Below, in pieces: positions 15,871 to 29,038 of a stretch of DNA of 64,000 nt. Each line of letters opens with the position of its first letter. Position 1 is the stretch's first letter. Source of the stretch: Octopus sinensis (Eukaryota); the NCBI RefSeq assembly GCF_006345805.1, contig NC_043003.1:23250001-23314000 (forward strand), given 5' to 3'. The notes below the pieces were generated by a model. It was not told the origin of the DNA. It did not search any database and saw nothing but the letters and a program-made list of their open reading frames with translations. The translations under genes and the position numbers were made by a program.

Positions 15871-16479
15871 CCCCCTTTGTGAGACTTGCGACCACGCCAT
15901 AAATCGATATACCTCATTGATCCGTTCCCACAAAATATGTGGTCTTTCGTTAAATTAGAAATCCATAATGCTGTAATTAGATGTTTATGTTTCAGGAACA
16001 AGAAACCAATATATATAGTTGCCGTTCAATAAGACTTTGGCTCTCATAACTTAAATTAGTTGCACGGTTTCGCCTATTGATTCACGCAACTTTTTTTTCT
16101 AATTACGCTGCTGTATCACAATTTAGTCAACACTGAATTAAATTTGTGACGTGGAAACAGCATGAAAGCCCCGCCAAAAGAAGGAGTTTTTTTCTGTCTG
16201 TCGATGGCAGACTTAACCCTCACCTAATTTAATAGCACCACATCGCTATTAGGAGCCGTTAGCGGAGTTCATTGGATTGCAAGCGTTCGGACAAAGTATC
16301 TGGTCTGAGAATAACTCCATCAGTCCTTGTCACCAGTGTCTGTGTGTGTATGAGGCAGTTTGGCATATGTGTATATGCGTGCGCGAATTTGTGCATGAAA
16401 CTATTGTGTGCGTGTGATTGCTTTTGTTCATGTGTTAATATGTCTACGCGTGTGTGTATGTGCTCTATCCTGGCTGTGT

Positions 16480-16625
16480 CTATGATGTAGTTCTGTGTGT
16501 TATACTGGAAGAATGTGCTGCTGAAACAGAAGTGCCAAAAGTAGTAGGTGTTGGTAAGTGTAAGTTTAATGCTGGTTACCATGAGTGTGGATACTATGAG
16601 TGTCATGAAAGCGAGGTGGTTGTGG
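16480..16625 (-). mobile_element. Possible PLE reverse-transcriptase fragment
   Basis: Minus frame TSIKLTLTNTYYFWHFCFSSTFFQY resembles the PLE RT segment (LVLTLN.FSF.STFYQQ) just before motif B. Confidence 0.35.
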
Positions 16626-16682
16626 GTAATTAATGTGTGTGACGTATGAAATAGGTGTGTATGTGTGTGTTTATGTGTGCAT

Positions 16683-16900
16683 CTTTTTCTCTTTCTTGAA
16701 TTGTTTCAGTCATTTGACTCCGGCCATGCTGGGGCACCGTCTTGAAGTCGACAAAATCGACCAGACGACTTATTTTTTTCAGCCAAGTACGTATTCTATC
16801 TCTTTTGCCGAAACACAAAATTACGGGAAATGCACCGACATTGGTTGACAAGCGTTGGTGGGGTACAAACACACAAACAAAGACATACAAATATACACAC
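16683..16900 (-). mobile_element. SINE family 1, 3' half
   Basis: TTTCAGTCATTTGACTCCGGCCATGCTGGGGCACCG is the reverse complement of the family tail. Confidence 0.8.
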
Positions 16901-16995
16901 GCGCGCGCACACACACAAACATACATATATATGTATACATATATACATGTATATACATATACATATATACATACACACATATATATGCGTATTAT

Positions 16996-17053
<58 letters not shown>

Positions 17054-17056
17054 CAT

Positions 17057-17112
<56 letters not shown>

Positions 17113-17116
<4 letters not shown>

Positions 17117-17338
17117 CTTATAAAATAAGAGCAAAAGAAAAATTCTAATGCCAATATGCCGAAAAATAAGACAAAATTGTCAATAACCATTAGACTTAAT
17201 GCGTCTCGAAACTTGCCGATAGAAATGTCTATCGGCTTGTTTCGAGACGCATTAATTATAATGGTTATTGACAATTTTGTCGTATTTTTCGGCATATTTG
17301 GCATTAGAATTTTTCCCTCGCCTTATTTTATAAGTTAT
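17113..17338. repeat. 226-bp near-perfect palindrome (hairpin element) next to (TA)n
   Basis: Ends ATAACTTATAAAATAAG / CTTATTTTATAAGTTAT. Centre GCCGATAGA-AATG-TCTATCGGC, exactly symmetric about 17225.5. Confidence 0.92.
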
Positions 17339-17484
17339 TTATAATTTAACCTTTAAAGGTATTTTTTGATATGCTGGCCATTGATACAATTTTTTTTCGA
17401 AAAAAAAATATCCTATATTACTTATATAATATAATATATATATATATATAATATATATATATATATTATATATATATATAATGC

Positions 17485-18270
17485 ACGACAGTCATCTTTT
17501 AGTTGACGCCTACTATAAATCCATTACAAGGCCCGATACTATCGATACTATCGCAGAAGACCCTTGCGCAAATTGCCACGCAGAGAGACTGAACCTGGGA
17601 GCATGTGGCCAGGAAGCAAGTTTCTTATCAAACAACCACATCAGCTTAAACGTGTTGGTGTTGGCGTGTTTTAAGATGTTGACTAAGGGGACAAAGGAAA
17701 TATAAGAGGTGGGTAGAATGCTTGAGTGTACGTGATTGGAAAGTAATGAAAAACGGTTAAGGACCAAGCTCCTTAGAATGTGGAATAGAAATGGTGCGAA
17801 ACTGGGTTGTCATTCGCAAGTCTTATATCTCCTGTTGTGTTATACAAAATGCTAAGCCAGGTCTCAGTCAGTTTGCCCTGTATATGGGAAGAGGCGCAGA
17901 AGTCAGAATATGCAGTAAATCAGATTACTGGATATGCAGGTGAAGGGTTCAATGACGTGGAAGTAGCGGTTATGGTTACCCGTGAAAACGGTGGTGTTAG
18001 AGAGGAAGAGACAAGTGTGGAAGCAAGGAGAAGGGCACGGGAAGAAACTAAGTTGAGTGCCAGGAATGGGAGTAAAGCTACGGACCAGTAAGCCACGTAG
18101 GTAACGTTCGACCTAGAAAGAAGGGAGAGGTGGGTTGGTTAAAGTATCGGAATGGATAGGTGAGTGTGAAAAACTGGTAAAATAGTGCGTTGTAGAATTA
18201 GGCTAGAAGGATAATAGGTGAGAAGAAAGGGAAACGGGTAAGAGTGAGACGGGACCAGGAAGTGTCCTCG
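17485..18270 (-). mobile_element. Decayed Penelope-like GIY-YIG endonuclease region
   Basis: Minus frames give FTCISSNLIYCI...YTGQT...DIRLANDNPVSHHF, with stops and frameshifts. Confidence 0.75.
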
Positions 18271-18837
18271 TTCCGTATATATTCATACATATGTACATAC
18301 GCGCACAGGCATACACATGCACACTCATTCACACACACACTTACATACATACATATGTATATATTGATGACTACGTAGGTATCTATTGCATATATATTTG
18401 TTATTTATCGCGTGTTAAGTGTAACGATTCATAATAAACATAATTTTTAGCTTAATTTGTAGAAAGTTCCCTCATTATATTTCCTATTCCACTGTGATGT
18501 GTATTCTTAATTGTTTAAGAAATCATTTCAGGCGTTGATTTCGGGGCTTCTATATATTAATAATTGGCAATCCACTATCTTGAAATGGAACTTCTATGAA
18601 TAGAAGACATCTAACAGATACTATAATATATATATATACAGATATAATTATTGATTTGATTGTTCGATACATTGGAAGATAGATAAATAAATTGATTGAT
18701 AGATGTGTAGGTATGTGTGAACTGAGAGGAAAATTCTTATATTTAGATACACACACACTTACTTGCAGAAACGAATGCGCAGGCGGATTTTGTTGAGATA
18801 ACGACAAAAAACAGTCAGTAATATCTCGAGTCCTTTT

Positions 18838-19080
18838 ATGTATGTATGTATGTATGTATGTATGTATGTATGTATGTATGTATGTATGAATGTATGTATG
18901 TATGTATGTATGTATGTATGTATGTATGAATGTATGTATGTATGTAGGTATGTATGTATGCATGTATGTATGTATATCTGTATGTTGTGTATGAATTATG
19001 TATGTATGTAGGTATGTATGTATGTATGAATATGTATGTATGCATGTATGTATGTATGTATGTATGTATGTATGTATGTA
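18838..19080. repeat. (TATG)n microsatellite
   Basis: Direct reading. Confidence 0.95.
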
Positions 19081-19131
19081 TTTAATGTAAGTACATGCGT
19101 ATATATATATATATATATTATATATATATAT

Positions 19132-19171
<40 letters not shown>

Positions 19172-19316
19172 TACTTACACACATATGTGTGTGTGCATAT
19201 ATAGACATTTTATATAGATATTTTTATACAGACAGACTAAAAACTTATGTGTGCGACATATATGTTTGAATTATATATATATATATATGTATATATTTAT
19301 ATATGTATATATATGC

Positions 19317-19348
<32 letters not shown>

Positions 19349-19816
19349 TTGTGTGTATGTGTATGTATGTATGTATATATATATACTTGAACATTTTTTA
19401 CATATACATAGCGATAGTTGTGTTTGTATCAAGAAAGCTGCAGGGTATCTGTGCACAGTGTTAACTTAATATTTCTGAATCTAAACATAACTCACGAATT
19501 CGTGACTATTATGTAATAATGCAAACCGTATTATGGAATTCTAGATCAGTTCATTAATAATAACACTGTAGAAGCTAAATTATTTATTCAACAGGTCTTT
19601 TATATATGCCTATGATTAAAAAATATCAACGCTGCTGGGTCGATGTTTTGTAAAACAACCTATAGCGAAAATATGATGAATATTGTTAAGTAAATACGGA
19701 GAAGGCAATGAAAGAAAGGAAACATCGCATTAGAGAAATGCGCAATGCACATTAATATGTATGTGTGCATGTGTATGTGGAGTGCTCGTGTTTGTGCATA
19801 AAACAGAGTGTATGTA

Positions 19817-20130
<314 letters not shown>

Positions 20131-20929
20131 GAATCAACATGGCGATCTGATTTCGGCAGAGGTCAAAGATCAAACATGAGACGCGAGAGCGAAATAAGGG
20201 GAGATAATAGGGTTGATAAAGGGGTTGAGGGACCAGCTAAAAGTGCGTGGGAGGGGTCTGGATGTGTGTGTATAGGGTTGGTGGTATGTATTAGTATGTA
20301 TAAGGGTGTGTGTGTATGAGAGAGTATTAGTGCGTAAGATTGGTCTGGACGTGCGTATGTATGGGGTTGGTGTAATGTATTAGTATGTATTAGTATGTAT
20401 TGTACGTATTGGTATGTATAGGTGTGTGTGTGTGTGTGTGAGAGAGTATAAGTGCGTATGCGGGGTCTGGACGTGTGTATGTATAGGGTTGGTGTAAGTA
20501 TTATTATGTACTAGTATGTATTAGTACGTATTAGTATGTATTAGTTGGTGTGTGTATTAGTATGGAATCATATGTGATGTGATGTGTAAGTCATGTGGTT
20601 AGTGAGAGAAGAGGGGGAGGGGGAGAAGAGGGGGTAGAGAAGGGAGAGGAAGAAGAGGGGGAGGAGAAGGGGAAGCGGAGACGATGGTGAGAAGGAAGGT
20701 GAGGAGGGGGATGAAGGAGGAAAGAGGGAGACGGGGAGAGAGAGAGGGGAGAGAGGGAGTGAGGGAGCAGAGGAAGGGGAAGAGGGAGGGAGAAAGAGGG
20801 AAGAAGGGAGGGGAGGTAGGGGTGAAAGGATGAAGGACTGAAGAAGTAGGGGTCGGGTAGAAGGATAGGTGAGGAGGAGGAGGGGGGTTGATGAGGAGGG
20901 GGGGGGGAGAGTTAGACCACAATGGCGTA

Positions 20930-21665
20930 TAAGAGCGAAGAGAGAAGATTAATTCCTGTTCACGGAGTGGATGATGGGATAGGGTCGATGGTGGGTGCTA
21001 GTGAGGCGGGTGGTGTTGGAGAGGTAAGGGCATGCGGCAACGTGGGCGGGAGCAGGGGAACGAGCCGGGTTGGGAGGTAGGGTCAGGGAAGGAGCTATGG
21101 ACCAAAAGGTCTCGAAGGTTGTGGGCTCGTTTGAAAGAGGGGAGGGGTCGGTTAGGGAAGAGGTGTGAAGTGGACGGGTCGGACTGGAGATGACGGAAAG
21201 CTCGAAGAATGGTGCGTTGGAGACGTAGGGTCGTGGGGGTGGTAAGTGAGGGGAAAAGGGAGGCGGGAGACTACAGGGCGGTTCGGGGAGAGAGAGCAGA
21301 TACACGGTCCACGGACCGTGCTCTGGCAAGGGCGGTGTGGATAGTGGTGAGGGGGTATCCACGTAGGGTGAAGTGGTGAGCCATACATTGAGACTGAGTC
21401 TCAAAGTCATGGTCGTCACTACAGAGCCTACTAGACGGAGGAATTGGGAATAGGGGATGGAAGCTTGGTGTGTTCTGGGTGGGAGGAAGAGAAGTTGAGG
21501 TATGAGTGTGAGTCTGTGTGTTTGTAGTGAATGGAGGTGGTAAGAGTGGAGTGAAGAATGCTAACCGAAATGTCGAGGAAGGAACAGAGGTGTTGAGATA
21601 GTGAAGTGAATGGAGGGGCTGGATGGAAAGATTGGACAAAGAGAGGAAGGAATCTAGATGTTCGC
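20930..21665 (-). mobile_element. Penelope-like element RT C-terminus and linker
   Basis: Minus frames give FLDISVSILHSTLTTSIHYKHTDSHSYLNFSSSHPEHTK..IPQFLRL..RLCSDDHDFETQSQCMAHHFTLRGYP and CPYLSNTT. These are typical PLE thumb motifs (HYK.TDSHSYL...S.HP; QFLRLRRLCS; F..RGYP). Confidence 0.85.
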
Positions 21666-21790
21666 GGGAGATTATATATATATATATATAGTAATATATA
21701 TATATTATATATATATATATACATATATATATATAATATATGTATAATATATATATCTGTAAATGTAATGTGACAATTTTCGGTAGTCAT

Positions 21791-21851
21791 GATAAAACTC
21801 CGAGTTTCGGATGCGGAGGTAGAAATCTACGTTGCCATCTCTTCAGTTATC
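21791..21851 (-). ncRNA. Type I hammerhead ribozyme motif
   Basis: Minus strand reads GATAA-CTGAAGA-G ATG..GTAGA tt TCTAC..CAT CC-GAAA-CTCGGAG-TT^TTATC. Helix I is GATAA/TTATC and helix III is ACTC/GAGT. Confidence 0.65.
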
Positions 21852-21910
21852 CAGCTATTGGATAAATGAAGAGATGGCCTTAATATAACCCTACACAGAT
21901 ACACGCACAT

Positions 21911-21947
<37 letters not shown>

Positions 21948-22504
21948 AACGAAATCGCACACATGTATATACATAAAACTGTAGCTGATAGTGTGGTTGC
22001 TGTACATATGTGTGTGTGTGTGTGTTGTGTGTGTGTTGTGTGTGTTTGTGTGTGTGTGTGTGTTTGCGTGTGTGTGTGTGTATGTGTGTGTGTATTATGA
22101 ACACATACAATATCTTCAGACCAACATACATAATATTTCTCTGTCGGTATGGCGGCTTGACAAGCACATGTGTATATATAGCAACTCCTTTTAGTTTTAT
22201 GATTCAGTACACAAAAGGGGCAATTACTCTCCTGTATTACAAATGGGTCCTGTATACTTGATAATATACAGGATAAACAGGTTAACACACGTAAGTCTAA
22301 GGCTTTTGATCTCCAAACATTTTATGGCTGGCTGTACTACTTTGATATGAACGATTTGTATGCCACTCTTTTTTAAGTATATACACTAGTTTATAGAGGA
22401 ACACAAGCATTACCGTGTACGCATATATACATACATATATATATGTGTGTGTGTGTGTGAGTATACCTTAGCGTGTTTGTGTAAATATATATATACTCTT
22501 TACT

Positions 22505-22720
22505 GTCTCTATTACTCTTTTAATTGTTTCAGTCGTTTGACTGCGGCCATGCTGGATCACCACTTTTAGTCGACCAAATCGACCCCAGGACATATTCTTT
22601 GTAAGCCTAGTACTTATTCTATCGGTCTCTTACCTGAACCGCTTAATTACGGGGGCGTAAACACATCATCAGCATCGGTTGACAAGTGATGTTTGGTGGG
22701 GACAAACACAGATTCACAAA
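22505..22720 (-). mobile_element. SINE family 1, 3' half
   Basis: TTTCAGTCGTTTGACTGCGGCCATGCTGG...AAGCCTAGTACTTATTCTATCGGTCTC. Confidence 0.8.
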
Positions 22721-22967
22721 TATATACACACACACATACATATATACATATATACATATATATATATGCACTATAATACAGAGCATGAGCCATATACCTG
22801 TTGTAATTTAGTCATCCAAAATCTGATATATTTCGGAATAATATTCCTTCTTCAGATATTCTTAGATGGAGTCGCTGCAGCCCATTGTCTGTATTTATAG
22901 TGCATTGTTGTACCATTCAAAACTTTTTATTCTTTACAAGCAATACACAATGCTTCAAGCGAACTAC

Positions 22968-23006
<39 letters not shown>

Positions 23007-23054
23007 ATATATATATATATAATATATTATATATATAGAGAGAGAGAGAGAGAG

Positions 23055-23127
<73 letters not shown>

Positions 23128-23604
23128 TAGATATAAAGAGAGAGAAATATTGTTGTAGGGAATTAGTAATAATGTCACAATCCTCCAACGTGACGAATGG
23201 AATAACAGAATCACTACAAATAAAGAGAAGTACGTGAAGTCAGAGATAGTCGTGCCTTTACTGGTTTTACTAAGTACAATGTATACCGAAGCGTGGTTTA
23301 TAACAATCCAACAGTTTAAGAATATACCAGTGGAGACGAGGATTTAAACAACGCAAGAGTAATTAATAAACTCGACGGGGATTTTAAAAGCTAACGAGAA
23401 ATTAACATTTCACAAAAAGTTAATGAACTCACAAAAGTTTTGTTGATCGAATTTTACGAAACCAAAATCGTAAAATTATAGAAAAAATGTTGTTGGCCGG
23501 TTTGCTCGAGTTGCAAAAACATTAACAAAATCAGCAACTGAAAGAACAACAACATTAGCATCCACAATTGCAACTACACCAGCTGAAGCAACAACAACAC
23601 CAGT

Positions 23605-24022
23605 GGAGGCGCAATAGCCCAGTGGTTAGGGAAGCGGTCTCACGGTCGTAAGAACGCGGTTTCGATTCCCAGACCGGGTAAGGTGATTGTTTATTGAGCA
23701 AAAACACCGAAACTCCACGAGGTTCCGGCAGTGGGAGTGAGGGGGTTGAACCCCGCTGTACTCTTTCACCACAACTTTCTCTTACTCGTTCTCCCTACTT
23801 CTGCCACAAGGCAGAGGAACCATGGTGTAACCCACTATGGTGTGGTAAACTTTCAGACCCTTGTCTAGATTGCAAATCCTCTGTACTCCAGGATGGTTCA
23901 GCTCTCCACCCGTTAAAAGTCACCGTTTACGGAATGAGGATAACAACGTAGCTTTCGCGCCCGTGCAACCGCCAGTCTATCGCGTGTGGTGGGTGGATCT
24001 TCAAGTTGCCACACGCATTCTT
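23605..24022 (+). mobile_element. tRNA-derived SINE family 3 head joined to a 131-bp segment shared with 49512-49642
   Basis: A box TAGCCCAGTGGTTAGG and B-box-like GGTTTCGATTCC. 23892-24022 matches 49512-49642. Confidence 0.7.
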
Positions 24023-24024
24023 TG

Positions 24025-24290
24025 AACCTAGAGAAAAACAACAATGAGGACTACATCACATGCGCTGGTAGAGATAAAAAGAAATGTGAAAAGTTTAAGC
24101 TGGACGAATTAACGCCAGATGTGTTCAAATGCCTGATTTTTACACAGGAACTTACTGCTGGAAAGGACGCAGAATTTAGAACTAGAATTATCGCAAAGCT
24201 GGAATAAAACCAGGTGGTAAGCCTACAACAAGTGTCAGAAGAATTTGAAAGGATAGCCAAATTAAGACACGACATGTGGCTGAGGGACTG
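24025..24290 (+). mobile_element. Ty3/Gypsy gag-like fragment
   Basis: EDYITCAGRDKKKCEKFKLDELTPDVFKCLIFTQELTAGKDAEFRTRIIAKLE resembles the gag of Mag/K02A2.6-like Gypsy elements (CE.FKL.ELT.D.FKCLIF..GL...DAEIR.R). Confidence 0.7.
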
Positions 24291-25419
24291 AAACACAACT
24301 AGTCCGGTAACATTTTAATACAACTTTAGGTATGGTAATTATCTCTCATTTCTTCCTTCATGCAGCATCCATGCAGTAGAACAGTTAAGTTTTAGAGAGA
24401 AATGTAAGTGAAAAGTTAAAATACGCATGACTTTTATGTATTGCATTTATTCATTGACAAAACAGCTGCGTGTGTGTGTGTGTGTCTGCATAGATATATA
24501 TAAACACAAATATATATATACTTATATATGTGTGTGTGTGTGTTTATATATTTGTGCATATAATCTTGTGTTTGTGCGGTCATTTATTTGTGGTTTTATA
24601 TTTACGTCACTTACATAACTTAGTACGTAGCGTGGACAATGGGTTACATATATCATTTATATAACAACCACCCTCATGTTGCGGCTTTATGTGAAAAAAA
24701 GCAACACAATTCGGCAGTCCGTTTGAAGCTATTATGTAAAGTATAAATCTTCCTGATTACAACAGACACGTTTATGGATACAACTCGTAATACATCTGGA
24801 CGTAAGCACAAAACATATGTACATACATAATGCATACATACGTAAGTACATACATACATACATACATAATACATATATACATACATACATACATACATAA
24901 TACATATATACATACATACATACATACGTACATACATACATACATACATACATATATACATACACACATACATACATACATACATACATACATGAAGTAA
25001 ATGCCTAACTGTTAATCGGGATAGTGCTGGATTTTCTGAAAATGAAGTCAACCACCTGACTTCTACATTATCAATGCAATCTGTAAGTGAAACAATAAAA
25101 CTATGCAAGACTTTTCTCAGGTTTAAAATGTGACGTTGTTTTCGTTATCTACATTTCAATGATGAATCATTGTAACATTGTTAGAAACCTGTCCCTTCAT
25201 AGAAAGAATTTAAATGATTAAAAATTGAAGAGAAACATACAAACATACATGCATAAATACATTTCCCGAGAAAAGAATAACCTTGACTTTGAAGTACGCT
25301 CTCGAAGAGGAGAGTATTCTCTAGCAAAATAAATAAAAAAAAACCCACCAGATACGGCATTAAAATCTCATACCGAAATCGGTGGTGAGTATTTACAGCA
25401 ATGTGATGAATCCACATAA

Positions 25420-25628
25420 TTATTTCTTTATTGCCCACAAGGGGCTAAACAATGACAGACAAAGGAATTAAGTCAATTACATCGACCCCAGTACGTAACT
25501 GGTACTTAATTTATCGACCCCGAAAAAATGAAAGCCAAAGTCGACCTCGGCGGAATTTGAACTCAGAACGCAACGACAGACGAAATACCGTTAGGTATTT
25601 TTTGTACTAACGTTTCTTCGCCGCCTTA
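25420..25628 (-). mobile_element. SINE family 2
   Basis: CCCACAAGGGGCTAAAC...ATCGACCCCAGTACGTAACTGGTAC...GGAATTTGAACTC. Confidence 0.85.
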
Positions 25629-25632
25629 AGTG

Positions 25633-26164
25633 ATGAATCCACATACTGGCAGATTAATACCTGTCTGTATGCTCTGGCTACTACTGTAAAACAGTACGTG
25701 AATGATATCCAAAAAGTATACAAAACCGAAGTAACAAAGAAAGTACCATTATGGGTTTTGAAGACAGGGAAAAAGATGGAAGACCATCAGTTGTTTAATG
25801 ATGTTTATTGCATGCAACCAAGCAAATCAGTATACGTCCCACCAACAGAAAGTAAAGAAGGAGATAGAAATGATGTTTGGAGACAGCAAAAAGAGGACAC
25901 TCACTTGCAAACTGATTAACCTCAAGCAGGAGCTAAAAGCTGTCAGTGAAAAACTCCGACGTCAGAAGAGAATAACCGAGAGAAGAACAATAAACAAAAA
26001 AAATTAACCGCCACCAGGCAGCAGTATGCAGAGATATGAGAGAAAGAATAGTAAACATCACGCAAGCTCCTTCACGAGAAGACATTAACTCCTTCTCGAA
26101 GAAAATTTAGAATGGAGACAAGGAATTTAACGAAGATGCTCTGTGGCTGGAAGAAATCCTGCGT

Positions 26165-26165
<1 letters not shown>
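25633..26165 (+). mobile_element. R4/Dong-like non-LTR retrotransposon fragment (region upstream of RT)
   Basis: Frameshifted translation NLKQELKAVSEKLRRQKRITERRTINKK..RDMRERIVNITQAPSREDINSF.KKI*NGDKEFNEDALWLEEI resembles R4-clade (R.INK.F...K.YR....P..E....FW..IW.....N..A.WL). Confidence 0.6.
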
Positions 26166-26257
<92 letters not shown>

Positions 26258-26639
26258 CACTCATACACACAGTAGCTCACATCTAAATCCTACATATATT
26301 AAAGGCTATTTTTCTCTCAGAGGACTGAGCCCTCTTTTTCGCTGATTCCATTGTTAATGGTGAAGTACATTATATATGTGCAGGAACGCACGTGTGTACT
26401 TGTATTTGTTTGTGTGCGTACACACACACACACACATGCACACACATACACACACACAGATACACACACACACACACATACACACACACATACACACACA
26501 CAGACACACATACGCGCGCGCGCACGCACACATACACACACACACAGACGCACACACACGGACATGCAAACATACACATAGACACACAAGCGTGGCTGAA
26601 AAGAAGACCGTCGTATATAGATGTATGTATTTATGTGTG

Positions 26640-26840
26640 TGTCTGTATTTGTCCTCCTCCCATCGCTTGCTTTTGTGTTTATGTCCACGTAAACTAGTGG
26701 GGCGGCAAAGTAGACCAACAGAATAAGTACTAAGCTTACAACGAATAATCCCTGGGACCAATTCGTTCGACTAAAATACTTCAAGGTGGTGATCCAGCAT
26801 GGCTGCAGTTAAATAACTGAAACAAGTAAAAGAATAAAAG
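26640..26840 (+). mobile_element. SINE family 1, 3' half
   Basis: GAATAAGTACTAAGCTTACAACGAATAATCCCTGGG...CCAGCATGGCTGCAGTT...GAAACAAGTAAAAGA. Confidence 0.75.
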
Positions 26841-26895
26841 ACTATATATATATTTCGGAATGGTCATATCTTGCACAACAAATATTTAAACGTAC

Positions 26896-26929
<34 letters not shown>

Positions 26930-26944
26930 ATATATGTGTGTGTG

Positions 26945-27152
26945 ACCTTCAACATGTGACATCGTGAGCACCGCCAGCAATTTTTTTCCCTCTGTCTTCC
27001 CTTCTCGGGATCTTTCCTCCTCCTTTGTTTCCGACGAAGAGCTCCGCTCGAAACGTTAACCCTCCTTCTTTCTTTCTTTCCTGAGCGGTCAATAATACTT
27101 TATTGTTCCACGTCCTCGCGCTGCTGTTTTTTTTGTGTTTTCTTGTTTGGAT

Positions 27153-27155
<3 letters not shown>
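26945..27155 (+). mobile_element. PLE terminal-repeat-like dispersed repeat (family A) with hammerhead-like motif at 27027-27060
   Basis: GTTT-CCGACGA-A-GAGC-TCC-GCTC-GAAA-C-GTT-AAC. Homologous to 36005-36235 (-) and 55590-55790 (+). Confidence 0.7.
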
Positions 27156-27205
<50 letters not shown>

Positions 27206-27714
27206 TCGGACATATACATATGCCTACATGCTCGTAACAGGGCTGTGCACAATTTTTATCTACCCAATTTAGCTCACTTGTCACTGGCTATTCGACTATA
27301 CGCTTGTATTCACTTTTCACAAATACGGCTCTTTCGGAAAATGGCAAACGGGACCTGAATCTTCGTAAATCTGGTGCAAACTTCTTAACTACTCTGCTCT
27401 ACATGTGCTTATGTTCGAATTAACGATTGTTTCTGATTTCATATTTTATTCATCATTAGTAAAACATACTTTCTTCATTAGCAGAAGGCAGTCAAATATA
27501 GACACTAATGGCTATTGGAAAATGGCTATTGTTGTTAAAAAAGCATTCATATTTATTATTCATAAGAACACAGCAATATATATAGATAACATGCAGCCAT
27601 ATTTATAAGTTCTTGTATATACTGCATGTACTTGGAATGTGAAAGAAGCGTGCATTGCATCATATGTGTGTGTGAGTGCAAGTGTCCGTGAATGTGCATC
27701 TGTGCATATATATC

Positions 27715-27775
<61 letters not shown>

Positions 27776-27777
27776 AT

Positions 27778-27828
<51 letters not shown>

Positions 27829-27843
27829 ATATATATATATATA

Positions 27844-27882
<39 letters not shown>

Positions 27883-27893
27883 AATCTATCTAT

Positions 27894-27981
<88 letters not shown>

Positions 27982-28000
27982 TTATCTATCTATCTAGCTA

Positions 28001-28053
<53 letters not shown>

Positions 28054-28070
28054 ATATATATATATATATA
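27715..28070. repeat. (TATC)n/(TA)n compound microsatellite
   Basis: Direct reading. Confidence 0.95.
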
Positions 28071-28527
28071 CATGTGTGTGTGTGTGTATATATTTATATA
28101 TATATATAAATGTATGTGTAAGTATATATGTGTGTATATATCTATATATGCATGTCTGTATCTACGTACATATGCCTTCATATGCATGTTGGCGTAGGTG
28201 ATCGTGGACATACACACACGCATATATGTGTGTATGACTATCTCTCTCCTGACTCTTTCTGTCTCTAAGAATACACATATACATGCACACACATACACAC
28301 ACACAGACACACATAGACACACAGACACAAACTGACAGACAGACACGCGCACAAACACATCCATACTCACACACACACACATGCAAACAGACACATGAAC
28401 GTACAAACATATCCTTAAAATTGTTCAGACGACGCAAATGCATAAAAAAAAAGCGTTGGAGCACAACGTAATATTATTAACAGAAATATTTGCAGTTGTT
28501 GTACCAGCAGCAACAGCAACAGCAGCG

Positions 28528-28564
<37 letters not shown>

Positions 28565-28861
28565 TTAGTAGTTAGTAGTGAAAGAGGAATAAAAAGAAGG
28601 CATAACAACGCGAACAAGAGCAAAATAGAAAAAAAACTAATGTGATTTTATTACGTATGACCGAGACCTTTAAAGTTACTTGAAAGCAGTCAGGCGAGTA
28701 TATCTACGCATGTCAATGTGCATATGTGTATGCATAAGCGTGTGAATGTATTCCTGTGGGCGAAGTTAGGAGCTTAGGCATTGAAAAGTATAAGAACTAA
28801 CTATTGGTATATATACTGATATCTGTCCGGTATACATACATATACATACACACACACACAA

Positions 28862-28896
<35 letters not shown>

Positions 28897-28947
28897 GTGT
28901 GTGTATATTATATACATATATATATACATATATATATACATATATAT

Positions 28948-28993
<46 letters not shown>

Positions 28994-29001
28994 TATATAT
29001 A

Positions 29002-29030
<29 letters not shown>

Positions 29031-29038
<8 letters not shown>

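Noticed and set aside
23892-24022. HDV-like ribozyme in the shared 131-bp segment
   Set aside because: The crossing stems leave no room for P3/L3, and no P1.1 or J4/2 motif is evident.
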